Positions 18,577 through 28,549 of a stretch of DNA of 64,000 nucleotides are shown here, piece after piece. How positions within the stretch are numbered: position 1 is the stretch's first letter; every line of letters starts with the position of its first letter. The notes below the pieces were generated by a model, which made no database searches, was not told the DNA's origin, and saw only the letters and a list, made by a program, of their open reading frames with translations. The translations under genes and the position numbers were made by a program. Origin of the DNA: an uncultured bacterium (GTDB lineage Bacteria; Krumholzibacteriota; Krumholzibacteriia; Krumholzibacteriales; Krumholzibacteriaceae); contig CAWBAN010000004.1 of the NCBI GenBank assembly GCA_963786935.1, positions 96,001-160,000 of the forward strand, written 5' to 3'.

Positions 18577-19980
18577 GTGTTCATTAAACGTTTGACGGCG
18601 GCCGTCGTTCTGATCGGAACGCTCGCTTTGTCCGGCTGCGGCGATCGGAACCTCGAAAAATCCGGCCTCGTGAAGCTGAGCGACCGGGTCTACGCGATGA
18701 TCGCGACGGGACCGACGGCGGCCGAGGGGCTCGGCTCGAACAGCGGCTTCGTCGTGGGGAGGGACGGCGTTCTCGTGATCGATTCGCGGTACACGCCCGG
18801 CCTCGCGAACGAGCTCCTCGCCGCGATCCGGTCCGTGACGGACGCGCCCGTGAAATACCTCGTGAACACGCACTACCATCCCGATCACGCGTGGGGCAAC
18901 ATGGTCTTCAAGGCGCAGGGGGCGGTCGTCGTCGCGCGCCCCGAAACGCGCGCGGCGCTCCTGAAATACTCCCCCGCGTATCTCGAATTCTACCAGCAGC
19001 GGAGCGCCGAGACCTACGAGCTGCTGCGGGACGTGAAGATCACGCCGCCCGATACGACCTTCGGCGGGAAGACGGAGATCGATCTCGGCGGCGTCACGGT
19101 TTCGCTCCGCTATTACGGCCCCGCGCATACGGCGGGGGACTGCGTCGTGATCGTTTCGAGGGACCGGATCGCGTTCGTCGGCGGGCTCGTGAGCAACGGC
19201 TATCATCCGAACATGGGGGATCCGGGAGCCGACTTCGACAACTGGATCGCGACGCTCGACACGCTGGCGGCCGCGAAATTCCGGCGCGTCGTCCCCGGGC
19301 AGGGGAAGGTGTGCGGCCCCGAGGCATTCGCCGCGGAGTCGGGGTACCTCACGACGCTCAGGATTCAATGCGATCAGAACATCGCCCGGATGGTGCCGCT
19401 CGAGCAGGCGCTCACCACGGTCGTCATGCCGGGCACCGAGACGTATCTGCAGTCCAACCTGCTGCCGTTCAACGTGCAGGCCGTGTACCGCCGCGATATG
19501 ATGCGCGTCGTGCAGCCCGAGTTCGCCTTCGCGCCGCCGGAGGAGTTCCAGATCACGGACGGCGGCGGCACCACGAAGCTGGGCTACATCCGCTGGGGGG
19601 CCGTGACGGAAACGGGAAGCCTCGAGATCGACGTGCAGTGGAAGGTGACGGCGAGCCGCGAGGTGATCGGGCCGGACATCGCGGACATGGTCGAACGATA
19701 CGCGCGGGCGAGCAAGGTCGAGATGAAGATCGAAGGATCGAAGCGGATCGACGTCGGCGGCGAGAAGGCGCTGGCTTCGTACGGGACCTGGTCCCGCATG
19801 AGCGTGTCGGGGATGGGGGGAAGCGGCGTCTGGACGTGGGCGCTCGTCATCAGCGGCGACAAGATCTATTCGCTCAGGCTTTCCGCCGAGGCCGGCAAGG
19901 ACCGCGCGAAAGCGCTCGCCGGCAGGGCCGATCTGGAGAAGCTCGCGGCGTCGTTCCGGTTCACGCCCCGTGCTTCTTGA
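18577..19980 (+). CDS. Lipoprotein: MBL-fold metallo-hydrolase (cyclase-like) plus an extra C-terminal domain
   Basis: Lipobox LSGC; NSGFVVG.DGVLVIDS, THYHPDH, GPAHTAGD. Confidence 0.8.
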   Translation: MFIKRLTAAVVLIGTLALSGCGDRNLEKSGLVKLSDRVYAMIATGPTAAEGLGSNSGFVVGRDGVLVIDSRYTPGLANELLAAIRSVTDAPVKYLVNTHYHPDHAWGNMVFKAQGAVVVARPETRAALLKYSPAYLEFYQQRSAETYELLRDVKITPPDTTFGGKTEIDLGGVTVSLRYYGPAHTAGDCVVIVSRDRIAFVGGLVSNGYHPNMGDPGADFDNWIATLDTLAAAKFRRVVPGQGKVCGPEAFAAESGYLTTLRIQCDQNIARMVPLEQALTTVVMPGTETYLQSNLLPFNVQAVYRRDMMRVVQPEFAFAPPEEFQITDGGGTTKLGYIRWGAVTETGSLEIDVQWKVTASREVIGPDIADMVERYARASKVEMKIEGSKRIDVGGEKALASYGTWSRMSVSGMGGSGVWTWALVISGDKIYSLRLSAEAGKDRAKALAGRADLEKLAASFRFTPRAS

Positions 19981-21166
19981 GCTTCCCCGCGTTCGCGAGC
20001 GCGAGGTTCATGATCGCGGTCGCGGGGAACACTCCGAGACCGCCCCGGTCGCATTCGCTCTCGGTGAACACGCTCGCGTTGTCGATTCCGCACACCTTCG
20101 AGTTGATCAGGAACGGCACCGGGTGCCACGAGTGGGCCTTGAGGGCGCACGGCGTCGAATGATCCCCCGTCACGATCATCACGTCGGGATTGCACGCGAG
20201 GAGGATCGGCAGATTCGCGTCGACCTCTTCGATGATCTTCGTCTTTCCCTCGAAATTGCCGTCCTCGCCGAACGAATCGGTCTTCTTGACGTGGATGAAA
20301 AAGAAGTCGTAGCCCTTCCCGTACGCCGCGCGCACCGTTTCGAACTCCTCACTGACCGAAAATCCCGTGTCGAGGAGGTCCATACCGCAGAGCTTCGCCA
20401 CGCCGCGGTACAGCGGATACGCGGCGACGGCGGCGGGCCGGAGCATCGTTCGCTCCTGGATCGGCTCGATCGAGGGCTTCCGGGAAATGCCGCGCATGAG
20501 CACGGTGTTCGCCTTCTTCTCGTCGGCGAGGATCGCGTCGCACTGTTCGACGAGCTTCGCGATGATGGCGGCCGTGCGGTTCGCCTCGGGCGTGCGCGCG
20601 ACGGGCGGGAGCGGCGCCTTGCCCGTGAGCTGCGGATCGGTCTCCTCGACCTCGGGGGAGAGCCTGATGCCGCGCAGCACCACGCCGAAGCGGTATTCGC
20701 GCACCGGCATGATGACGATCTTCACCCCATCGATCTCGGAGATCCGGTCCTGGAGCTTCGCGCAGATGCGGATGCACTCCTCGTGGGGGATGCGCCCCGC
20801 GCGACGGTCGGTGAGAATGCCGTTCGCGTCGATCGTCGCGAAGTTCCCCCGGATCGCGACGTCGTCGCGCTCGAGCTCGAAGCCGGTGCCGAGCACCTCG
20901 AGCACGCCGCGCCCCACGTCGTTCTCGGCCGCGAGCGGATCGTACCCGAAGAGCGCGAAATGCGCGGGGCCGCTTCCCGGCGTGATGCCGGGGGCGATGG
21001 GCATGCTCCTTCCGCAGAGCCCCTCGCGCGCGAGGGCGTCGAGATTCGGCGTGCGGGCCGCCTCGAGCGGCGTCTTCGGAAACTCCGTGGTCCGGATGTC
21101 CCCGAGCCCGTCCATGACGAGGAATATGATTTTGGCGTCGTTGCGTCGGAGAAGGTGGCGCGGCAT
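19961..21166 (-). CDS. apgM: 2,3-bisphosphoglycerate-independent phosphoglycerate mutase (ApgM type)
   Basis: MDGLGD, TPLEAARTPNLD, PGSGPAH..LFGYDP, GRGVLE, DRRAGRI, HVKKTDSFGEDG, TGDHSTP, HSWHPVP. Confidence 0.92.
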   Translation of the reverse strand: MPRHLLRRNDAKIIFLVMDGLGDIRTTEFPKTPLEAARTPNLDALAREGLCGRSMPIAPGITPGSGPAHFALFGYDPLAAENDVGRGVLEVLGTGFELERDDVAIRGNFATIDANGILTDRRAGRIPHEECIRICAKLQDRISEIDGVKIVIMPVREYRFGVVLRGIRLSPEVEETDPQLTGKAPLPPVARTPEANRTAAIIAKLVEQCDAILADEKKANTVLMRGISRKPSIEPIQERTMLRPAAVAAYPLYRGVAKLCGMDLLDTGFSVSEEFETVRAAYGKGYDFFFIHVKKTDSFGEDGNFEGKTKIIEEVDANLPILLACNPDVMIVTGDHSTPCALKAHSWHPVPFLINSKVCGIDNASVFTESECDRGGLGVFPATAIMNLALANAGKLKKHGA

Positions 21167-21302
21167 CGCTCGTCCCCCTGTTCGAGAAACCGGATACGCG
21201 GAAAAACGCTCGTCCGCATTTTATCACGCGCCGCGCGGCGCGAGAAGTGGGGAAATGCGCTCCGCCGCGCCCCCGCCGGCGCCGTTCCGCGTTTCGGCGC
21301 GT

Positions 21303-21331
21303 TTGACATCGCGCGATAATTATTTTAATAT
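21303..21331 (+). promoter_or_regulatory. Sigma-70-type promoter
   Basis: TTGACA-17 nt-TAATAT in an AT-rich patch upstream of 21378. Confidence 0.55.
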
Positions 21332-21377
21332 ATATGGGTTATCCGTTCAGCGCGCAGGCCCGGAACAAGGAGAATCA

Positions 21378-22922
21378 ATGAACGCACATCGCTTCGATCA
21401 CGCAACGCACTCGCCGCGGTTCCCCCGGTCCGCCCTTACGGGCGCGGCGGCCGCGCTCGCCGTCGCCGCGCTCCTCGCGGGATGCGGGAAGGGGAGCGGC
21501 CCCGTCGCGGGGAAGGATCCGGTCAAGAAGATCATCGAGGTCGAAAGCAACGTGGACGCGCTCAGGGCGTGGGCCGAGAACAACGCGCGGGCGTCGGTGC
21601 TCGTGCATATCGATCCGTCGGACGACATGGCGATCTTCCCGGAGCGCATGATGAAGGACATGGAGAACACGGCGGGGCACCTCAGACGCCGCGACGGGAA
21701 GGCGCTCGAGGAAACGGGCTCCCTCATCGAGCGCGGCGGCACGGTGAGCCTCGGCTACATGGCGGGGATGTACAAGCGCGTGATCTGGGTCATCCCCACG
21801 TTCACTTCCGTCGGCAACGATCCGGTCGACGTCTACAAGAATTTCCTCGTCAAGCAGCGGCGATTCCCGCCGGAGGCCGTGAGCGATTTCAAGACCGACG
21901 GAAAATTCATCACGGGCTCGATCGCCGGGATCCCGCTCACGATCACGAGCCTCGCGGATCTCGAGCTCGCCGAAGGGGAGAACGCGATCGTCGACATCGA
22001 TATTTCCTATTTTCCGGCGCTGAAGCTCGCGAATCGCAGCTACCGCGCGGGGACGAAATCGGTGCTCGAGTTCGTCCGGGAGCTCGCGAAACGGAACGTG
22101 CGGGCGAAGCTCGTCACGGTCAATCTCTCGAATCAGAACAATCAGGTTCCCATGGATCTCAGGTACTACGGCGACGTGATCCGGGAAGCGCTCGCGCAGC
22201 CGGCCGACGCCGTTCCCCCGTACACGGCGAAGTGGCTGGGCATGATCCAGGCGGAGGATTCGCTCGGGGCGAAGCGGTACGCCTCGGCGGCCGCACTCTA
22301 CGAGGACCTTATCCGCACGGTGAAGGACGACGCGGGGCTCTACTTCTCTCTCGCGGTCGCCCGCGGATTGGAAAACAAGGGGCCCGAGTGCCGCGCGGCG
22401 CTCCTCGATGCGTACCGGCTCGACAGCGCGTACCTCAAGGGATTCTTCCAGCTCGCCCGCGTCCTCGGCGACGCCGGCGCGCTGGATGCGGGATTCGAGA
22501 TCCTCGACACGCCGGAGCTCGCGAATATCGTGGCGCCGGCCGAGCTCGATTACCAGCGCGGCGTCTTCCTCTACACGGCGCACAAGCCGTTCGACGCGAT
22601 CACGTATCTCTCGAACGCGGCGCGGCAGCGCCCGCAGGATTTCGGCCTCTACACGATCCTGTTCCGGGCCCATCGCGAGGCAGGGAACGATCAGGGACAG
22701 ATCGCCTCTCTCCGGAAGCTCATCCTCATCGACGAGGGCAGGGTCAGGCGCGAGATGCCGTGGGTGTTCGCCGATCTCGGCCGGCTGTACGAAAGCACCG
22801 GCGCCCGGGTGAACGCGGCGCAGATGTACGAGCGGTACATGCAGGCGCTGCCGGACGACTCCCTCTCGAAGGCGTTCAAGAATCGTATCGATGAGTGGAA
22901 GGCGAAGAAGCTCATCTCGTGA
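21378..22922 (+). CDS. Lipoprotein with UPF0489/arginase-fold-like N-domain and C-terminal TPRs
   Basis: AAGGAG RBS; lipobox LAGC; VLVHIDPSDD and IVDIDISYF motifs; helical TPR-like repeats. Confidence 0.65.
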   Translation: MNAHRFDHATHSPRFPRSALTGAAAALAVAALLAGCGKGSGPVAGKDPVKKIIEVESNVDALRAWAENNARASVLVHIDPSDDMAIFPERMMKDMENTAGHLRRRDGKALEETGSLIERGGTVSLGYMAGMYKRVIWVIPTFTSVGNDPVDVYKNFLVKQRRFPPEAVSDFKTDGKFITGSIAGIPLTITSLADLELAEGENAIVDIDISYFPALKLANRSYRAGTKSVLEFVRELAKRNVRAKLVTVNLSNQNNQVPMDLRYYGDVIREALAQPADAVPPYTAKWLGMIQAEDSLGAKRYASAAALYEDLIRTVKDDAGLYFSLAVARGLENKGPECRAALLDAYRLDSAYLKGFFQLARVLGDAGALDAGFEILDTPELANIVAPAELDYQRGVFLYTAHKPFDAITYLSNAARQRPQDFGLYTILFRAHREAGNDQGQIASLRKLILIDEGRVRREMPWVFADLGRLYESTGARVNAAQMYERYMQALPDDSLSKAFKNRIDEWKAKKLIS

Positions 22923-23059
22923 GCGGAACGATTGGCGCGGGGGCGCTCCCGGCGAGCGCCCCCGATCCGCCCCCCCGTTTCGTGGAACATATGTGCCCCC
23001 GCATCCGTAAGTCTCTGGAGACCCCGTTCGTCAACCCCTGAGCCGGTGGTGAAATCGCG

Positions 23060-24166
23060 ATGAATCGGAAGAAAAAGAGCAGGAAACTCGTCATTTGGAT
23101 AGTCGTTATCGCCGTCGTCGCCGCGGGGGCGATCGGCGCGGCGATGCTGAAAAAGAAGGGCGCCGCCAAGGGCGCCGTGGCGACGGTCAAGGTCGAGCGC
23201 GGCAACGTCGTCGAGAAGGCGCTCGCCGTCGGATCGATCGTCCCGCGCAACGAGATCTCCGTGAAATCGAAGATATCGGGCGTCGTGAAGCGGATCTACC
23301 GCGAGCCGGGACAGCGGGTCGCGGCCGGAGAGGCGCTCATCGAGATCCGCCCCGATCCGACGCCCCTCGAGCTCGCCGACGCGAGACGGCGGGTCGACAT
23401 GGATGAGATCGCGTTCAAGAACCTCGAGAAGGCCCTCGAGCGCGCGGGGGATCTCACGAAGCAGGGGCTCATCTCGGACACGGAGTTCGAGGGCGCCCAG
23501 AGAAACTACGATCAGGCGAAGCTCCAGCTCGACATGAGCCGCGAGCGCCTCGAGCTCACCGAAAAGGGGCACGCGAGCATCGCCGGGCAGACGATCGACG
23601 CGGTCATCAAGGCGCCGATCGGCGGCTTCATTCTCGAGAAGAACATCAACATCGGCGATCCCGTCGTGCCGCTCACCTCGTATCAGGAGGGCACCGTTCT
23701 CATGACGCTCGCCAATATGGACAGCCTCATCTTCAAGGGAACGGTCGACGAGATCGACGTCGGCAAGCTCTCGATCGGCATGCCGGTGGAGATCAAGGTC
23801 GGCGCCATCCCCGGAAAATCGATCCCCGGCACGCTCGCGAAGATTTCGCTCAAGGCGCGCGAGGAGAACAACACGCGGATGTTCCCGGTGGAGATCACGA
23901 TCGCCGACACGAAGGTCGCGCTCCTGCGCGCGGGCTACTCCGCGAACGCCGACATCATCATCCGGCAGGTCGACAGCGTCCTCACGATCCCCGAACGCGT
24001 CGTGTACACCTCGGGGGACAGCACGTGGGTCGAGGTCCCGGGCGCGAAGGGGGAGCGCCGCAAGGCGGTCATCACGACGGGGCTCTCCGACGCGATCAGG
24101 ATCGAAGTGAAGTCCGGTCTCGCCAAGGGCCAGGAAGTCCTCGAGAAGCCCGAGAAGAAAATCTGA
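23060..24166 (+). CDS. MacA-like periplasmic adaptor (membrane fusion protein)
   Basis: N-terminal TM anchor, VKSKISGVV, IKAPIGG, VDEIDVGKL..G, GLSD..IEV.SGL..G. Confidence 0.9.
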   Translation: MNRKKKSRKLVIWIVVIAVVAAGAIGAAMLKKKGAAKGAVATVKVERGNVVEKALAVGSIVPRNEISVKSKISGVVKRIYREPGQRVAAGEALIEIRPDPTPLELADARRRVDMDEIAFKNLEKALERAGDLTKQGLISDTEFEGAQRNYDQAKLQLDMSRERLELTEKGHASIAGQTIDAVIKAPIGGFILEKNINIGDPVVPLTSYQEGTVLMTLANMDSLIFKGTVDEIDVGKLSIGMPVEIKVGAIPGKSIPGTLAKISLKAREENNTRMFPVEITIADTKVALLRAGYSANADIIIRQVDSVLTIPERVVYTSGDSTWVEVPGAKGERRKAVITTGLSDAIRIEVKSGLAKGQEVLEKPEKKI

Positions 24167-24197
24167 CGGAGTCCGGCGGCCGGGCGGATCGATTCGT

Positions 24198-25475
24198 ATG
24201 GCGACACTCAAATCGTTCTTCGTCAACTTCGCGTACGTCCTCTCCCTCTTCAGGGAATTCTGGGGCGACATGCGCGCCCAGAAGCGGCGCACGATGCTCA
24301 CCGTCTTCGGCATCGTGTGGGGGACGGCCGCCGTCGTCATCATGATGGCCGTCGGCACGAGCGTCAAACGCCAGAACATGACGAACTTCCGGGGTCTCGG
24401 CGACGCGATCATACTCGTCTTCCCCGGCTCGACGACCAAGCCCTATCGCGGATTCGGCGTCGACCGCCAGGTCAGGCTTCAGGAATCGGACGTAGATCTC
24501 CTCAAGCAGCAGGTGAGCGAGATCGACAAGATCAGCGAGGAATTCGCGAAGTACGACGGCGTGATCCGGTACGGCACGCAGGTCAAGAGCCCCATGGTCG
24601 CCGGCGTCAAGCCCGAGTACGGCGACATCCGCAACGAGATCCCGCAGGCCGGCGGCCGCTTCATCAACGAGCAGGACATGGCGGAGAAACGCCGCGTCAT
24701 CTTTCTCGGGGATCAGGTGAGCGAGTTTCTCTTCGGCAAAGGGAACGATCCCGTCGGGAAATTCGTCTCGTTCAACGGCGTCCCGTTCCGCGTCATCGGC
24801 GTTCTGCGGGCGAAGACGCAGAACTCGAGCTACAACCAGCGCGACACCGAGCGCGCGTTCATTCCGTCCACGACCTACGTGTCGATGTTCGGGGACCGGT
24901 ACCTCGAGAACATGGTGATCACGCAGAAGGCGGGAGGGGGTGGCTCGAAAGAGGTCGTGAAGAAGATCAGGACGGTCCTCGGCGCGAGGTACGTCTTCGA
25001 CCCGGAGGACGAGAACGCGCTCGGCATCTGGGATACGGCGGAGTTCTTCGAGATATTCATCATGTTCTTCACCGCGTTCAACATCTTTCTCGTCGCCATG
25101 GGCGCGATGACGCTCGGCGTCGGCGGGCTCGGCGTCTCGAACATCATGTACGTCGTCGTGCGCGAGCGCACGCGCGAGATCGGCATCAAGCGGGCCGTGG
25201 GGGCGAGGAAATGGGTCATCATGACGCAGTTCTTCGCCGAGACATTCTTCATCACCTTCGTCGGGGCGGCGATCGGGTTTGCGATCGCGTGGGGCGTCGT
25301 CGCCGTCGCCGCGCGGATGCCCGCCTCCGCGAGAGAGGCGCTCGGCACGCCGGCGATCGATCCCCTCGTCGCGCTCGTCTCCATCGCGATCATTTCCGTC
25401 ATCGCGTTTCTCGCCGGATACTTTCCGGCGCGCAAGGCCGCGAATCTCGACCCGATCGAGTGTCTGAGGTACTGA
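24198..25475 (+). CDS. MacB/FtsX-type ABC transporter permease
   Basis: LTVFGIVWG, GRFI, GGLGVSNIMYVVVRERTREIGIKRAVGA, PARKAANLDPIECLRY. Confidence 0.92.
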   Translation: MATLKSFFVNFAYVLSLFREFWGDMRAQKRRTMLTVFGIVWGTAAVVIMMAVGTSVKRQNMTNFRGLGDAIILVFPGSTTKPYRGFGVDRQVRLQESDVDLLKQQVSEIDKISEEFAKYDGVIRYGTQVKSPMVAGVKPEYGDIRNEIPQAGGRFINEQDMAEKRRVIFLGDQVSEFLFGKGNDPVGKFVSFNGVPFRVIGVLRAKTQNSSYNQRDTERAFIPSTTYVSMFGDRYLENMVITQKAGGGGSKEVVKKIRTVLGARYVFDPEDENALGIWDTAEFFEIFIMFFTAFNIFLVAMGAMTLGVGGLGVSNIMYVVVRERTREIGIKRAVGARKWVIMTQFFAETFFITFVGAAIGFAIAWGVVAVAARMPASAREALGTPAIDPLVALVSIAIISVIAFLAGYFPARKAANLDPIECLRY

Positions 25476-25481
25476 CGAACC

Positions 25482-26723
25482 ATGTGGACGACGCTGCTGC
25501 GCGAGTTTCTCTTCGATCTCAGGAACCAGAAGACGCGCGTGACACTCACGACCGTCGCCATCGTCTGGGGAACGATGTCGGTCGTGCTCCTCCTGTCGTT
25601 CGGGTTCGGGCTCGAGAAACGGCTCATGGAGGGGGCGCTCAACTACACCGACGCCGTCGTCAACGTGTACGCGGGGGAGACGTCGAAGCTCTATCAGGGG
25701 CTTCCGATGGTCCGCTCCGTGTACTTCACCGTCGACGACCTGAAGCTCCTGCGCGAGAACATCCCCCTCGTCGATCTCATCTCGCCGAGCTTCGGCCGGT
25801 GGGGGATGGTCGTGAGCCGCGGGGACGTCCGCACGACGACGTACGGCGAGGGCGTGGCTCCGGACTTCTATTACATGCGCCACTTCTTTCAGAGCGCCGG
25901 CCGGTTCATCGACGACCGGGACATCATCGACAAGCGCCGCGTCGTGTTCCTCGGGAACGGCATCGCGGAGAAGCTCTTCCCCGAGGGCGACCCGGTCGGC
26001 GGGATCATCGAGGTCGACGGGCTCCCCTTCACCGTCATCGGCGTCCTGGAGCAGAAGGTGCAGAGCTCGATGAGCAACGGTCCCGACGCGGACCGCGTCA
26101 TCATGCCGTACACGACGTTCATGACGGTTTACGGGCGCCAGCGCCTCAGCAACATCCTCATCCGCCCCGCCGACCGGATGCGGAGCAAGGAGCTCGTGAA
26201 GGACATCCGGGCGGTGCTCGGGCGGAAGTACCGGTTCGATCCGACGGACGAGTACGCGGTGAGGGTCTACGACAACATCGAGGACGAGGAGATCGGGCGG
26301 AAAATCATGCTCGGGCTCAACATCTTCTTCGGCGTCATCGGATCGCTCACGCTCGTCGTCGCCGGGGTCGGTGTCGCGAACATCATGTACGTCGTCGTCA
26401 AGGAGCGCACGCGCGAGATCGGCATCAAGCGCGCGGTCGGCGCCCGGCGGCGCCACATCGTCGCGCAGTACGTCGCCGAGGCGTTTCTCCTCACCGGGGG
26501 CGGCGGGCTCGTCGGGATCATCCTCTCCGCGCTCGTCGTGGCCGCCGCGGGCATGATCCCCGACACGTCGGGTCCGATGCAGTTCATGGGACACCCCATC
26601 TTCTCGAAGACGGTCGCGTTCGTGACGGTGGCGATCCTCGTCGCCATCGCGCTCGTCGCCGGTATCTTCCCCGCGCGCAAGGCGGCCGAGGTCGAGCCGA
26701 TGGAAGCGCTCCGCTACGAGTGA
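25482..26723 (+). CDS. MacB/FtsX-type ABC transporter permease (paralog)
   Basis: GVGVANIMYVVVKERTREIGIKRAVGA, PARKAAEVEPMEALRYE. Confidence 0.92.
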   Translation: MWTTLLREFLFDLRNQKTRVTLTTVAIVWGTMSVVLLLSFGFGLEKRLMEGALNYTDAVVNVYAGETSKLYQGLPMVRSVYFTVDDLKLLRENIPLVDLISPSFGRWGMVVSRGDVRTTTYGEGVAPDFYYMRHFFQSAGRFIDDRDIIDKRRVVFLGNGIAEKLFPEGDPVGGIIEVDGLPFTVIGVLEQKVQSSMSNGPDADRVIMPYTTFMTVYGRQRLSNILIRPADRMRSKELVKDIRAVLGRKYRFDPTDEYAVRVYDNIEDEEIGRKIMLGLNIFFGVIGSLTLVVAGVGVANIMYVVVKERTREIGIKRAVGARRRHIVAQYVAEAFLLTGGGGLVGIILSALVVAAAGMIPDTSGPMQFMGHPIFSKTVAFVTVAILVAIALVAGIFPARKAAEVEPMEALRYE

Positions 26724-26791
26724 CGGACCGCAGCCCGTCTGCTATCATGTCCCCCGTCGAATCGCGAGCCGGAACCGGAAAAGGAGCGTCC

Positions 26792-27021
26792 GTGCGGTCC
26801 TTCATTCAGCGGCACCCGATCGTCTCGTTCTTCGTCGTCACGTGCGCCTGCTCTCGGTGCTCCTCCTCCATGCGGGCGTCAACACCTTCAGCTACGTCTT
26901 CGGACAAATCGCGCCGTCGCTCGACGCCGATCCGCTCCTCGGCATCCTCACGGCGTCGGCGTTCGCCGTCTTCGCGGCGGCGGTTCTCGTCGTCGATCAA
27001 CGGCGCCGCGCGGCCCCGTAA
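26792..27021 (+). pseudogene. Internally deleted remnant of a CPBP (CAAX/Abi) intramembrane protease gene
   Basis: AAGGAG RBS and GTG; N-terminus MRSFIQRHPIVSFFVVT is joined out of frame to SVLLLHAGVNTF...TM...stop (HxxxN motif); the central part is missing. Confidence 0.55.
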
Positions 27022-27132
27022 TGCCGTCTCCATGTCGCGCAGCCGCTTTTCGTTTGAACGGCGCGGATCGGATCGGGTATCATGCGGGCTGCTGTCGTCG
27101 AAACGTATCGAACCGATCGAAAGGGGGCACCC

Positions 27133-27606
27133 ATGCATCGCATCGTTGAATGGCAGCGTTTCAGGATGCTCGCGGGCGTTTTCGTTCTGCTGGCCGCGTT
27201 CGCGTTCGCCGGCTGCGCCGCCGAGGAAAACGAAGAGGACAAGTGCGACAAGACGAAGCAGGACGAGATCGAGCCGCTCTTCCGCATTCATTTCGTCGCG
27301 ACGACGGACCAAGGGGATCCGTACACCGGAGCGATGGATTTCCAGAGCGAGAAATATTACTGCGACGGAACGATGAGAGGCTTATTCACCGATCACACCG
27401 ACGGGACGGCCAACGGGTACTGGAAGCCGATCACGACGCAGTACAAGCTCGCGAACGACGAGGATTACGTTCTGATAACCTTCTCGACGCCGACGAACGA
27501 GCAGAGCTTCGTCTACGACTACGAGGCGGTCGCGAACGCCATGGTGCTCGAGGACTACGTTACGTGGGTGCTCGAGGATACGATAGAAGTCGTCGTGCCG
27601 CTCTGA
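27133..27606 (+). CDS. Hypothetical acidic lipoprotein
   Basis: Lipobox FAGC; host-like codon usage. Confidence 0.7.
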   Translation: MHRIVEWQRFRMLAGVFVLLAAFAFAGCAAEENEEDKCDKTKQDEIEPLFRIHFVATTDQGDPYTGAMDFQSEKYYCDGTMRGLFTDHTDGTANGYWKPITTQYKLANDEDYVLITFSTPTNEQSFVYDYEAVANAMVLEDYVTWVLEDTIEVVVPL

Positions 27607-27664
27607 TGCCGGCGCTCCGTCCGAGGGCGCCGGCGAGTCCGGCGCGCGCGGGTTCCGCCGCGTC

Positions 27665-28450
27665 ATGAAAGCGATCCGCATGTTCACGAAGGCCATCGTG
27701 CGCTCCCCGTGCGCGAGTTTCGCGGCGGGATTGACGACGGCCGGTCTCGGGCCTCCGGATCTCGGGCGCGCCCTCGAGCAGCACGGGCGCTACTGCGAGG
27801 CGCTCGAGCGGTGCGGCCTCGCGCTCACGAAGCTCGAGCCCGACGAGCGCTTTCCCGACTCCACGTTCGTCGAGGATACGGCCGTCCTCGCGCCCCGGTG
27901 CGCCGTGATCACGCGCCCCGGCGCCCCGAGCCGCCGCGGGGAGACGGCCGCCGTCAGGAAGTCGCTTGAGGGCTTCTATGAAACCTTCCGCGAGATAACG
28001 GCCCCCGGAACGGTGGACGGCGGCGACGTCTGCGAGGCGGGGGAGCGCTTCTTCATCGGGCTCTCGGAGCGGACGAACGAAGAGGGGGCGCGCCAGCTCG
28101 CCGGATTCCTGTCGCGGGAGGGGTACGCCGCTTCGATCGTCGACGTGAGGGGCGTCGCGGGCCTCCTCCACCTCAAGAGCGGTCTCGCGTGTCTCGGCGG
28201 CGGCTGGCTCGTCGCCGCGGAGCACTTCGCCGGGTGCGGCGGCTTTATCGATTATCACATGGCGTTCGTCGACCCGGCGGAGCTGTACGCCGCGAACTGC
28301 GTGCGCGTGAACGACCGCGTGTTGATCGCCGCGGGATATCCGGGAATCGAGCGGAGGCTGCGGGAGATCGGATTCGACGTGTTCCCCCTCGAGATGTCGG
28401 AATTCAGGAAGATGGACGGGGGCTTGAGCTGCCTGTCGCTGCGCTTTTGA
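27665..28450 (+). CDS. Dimethylarginine dimethylaminohydrolase / amidinotransferase family
   Basis: FPDSTFVEDTAV, RPGAPSRRGE, DGGDV, HLKSG, EFRKMDGGLSCLSLRF. Start may be 27680. Confidence 0.9.
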   Translation: MKAIRMFTKAIVRSPCASFAAGLTTAGLGPPDLGRALEQHGRYCEALERCGLALTKLEPDERFPDSTFVEDTAVLAPRCAVITRPGAPSRRGETAAVRKSLEGFYETFREITAPGTVDGGDVCEAGERFFIGLSERTNEEGARQLAGFLSREGYAASIVDVRGVAGLLHLKSGLACLGGGWLVAAEHFAGCGGFIDYHMAFVDPAELYAANCVRVNDRVLIAAGYPGIERRLREIGFDVFPLEMSEFRKMDGGLSCLSLRF

Positions 28451-28473
28451 GTCGCGACCGACGATGTCCGCCC

Positions 28474-28502
28474 TTGATTTCAGTCGTGAGCTCGATTACA
28501 TT
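28474..28502 (+). promoter_or_regulatory. Sigma-70-type promoter
   Basis: TTGATT-17 nt-TACATT upstream of 28550. Confidence 0.5.
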
Positions 28503-28549
28503 TAAATCAATCACGGCGGTTGCACCACTACATTTCAAAGGAGGCGTTC

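Noticed and set aside
27665..28450. DDAH as part of the putative canavanine/homoserine pathway
   Set aside because: It lies about 15 kb from that operon with unrelated genes between; no evidence of linkage.
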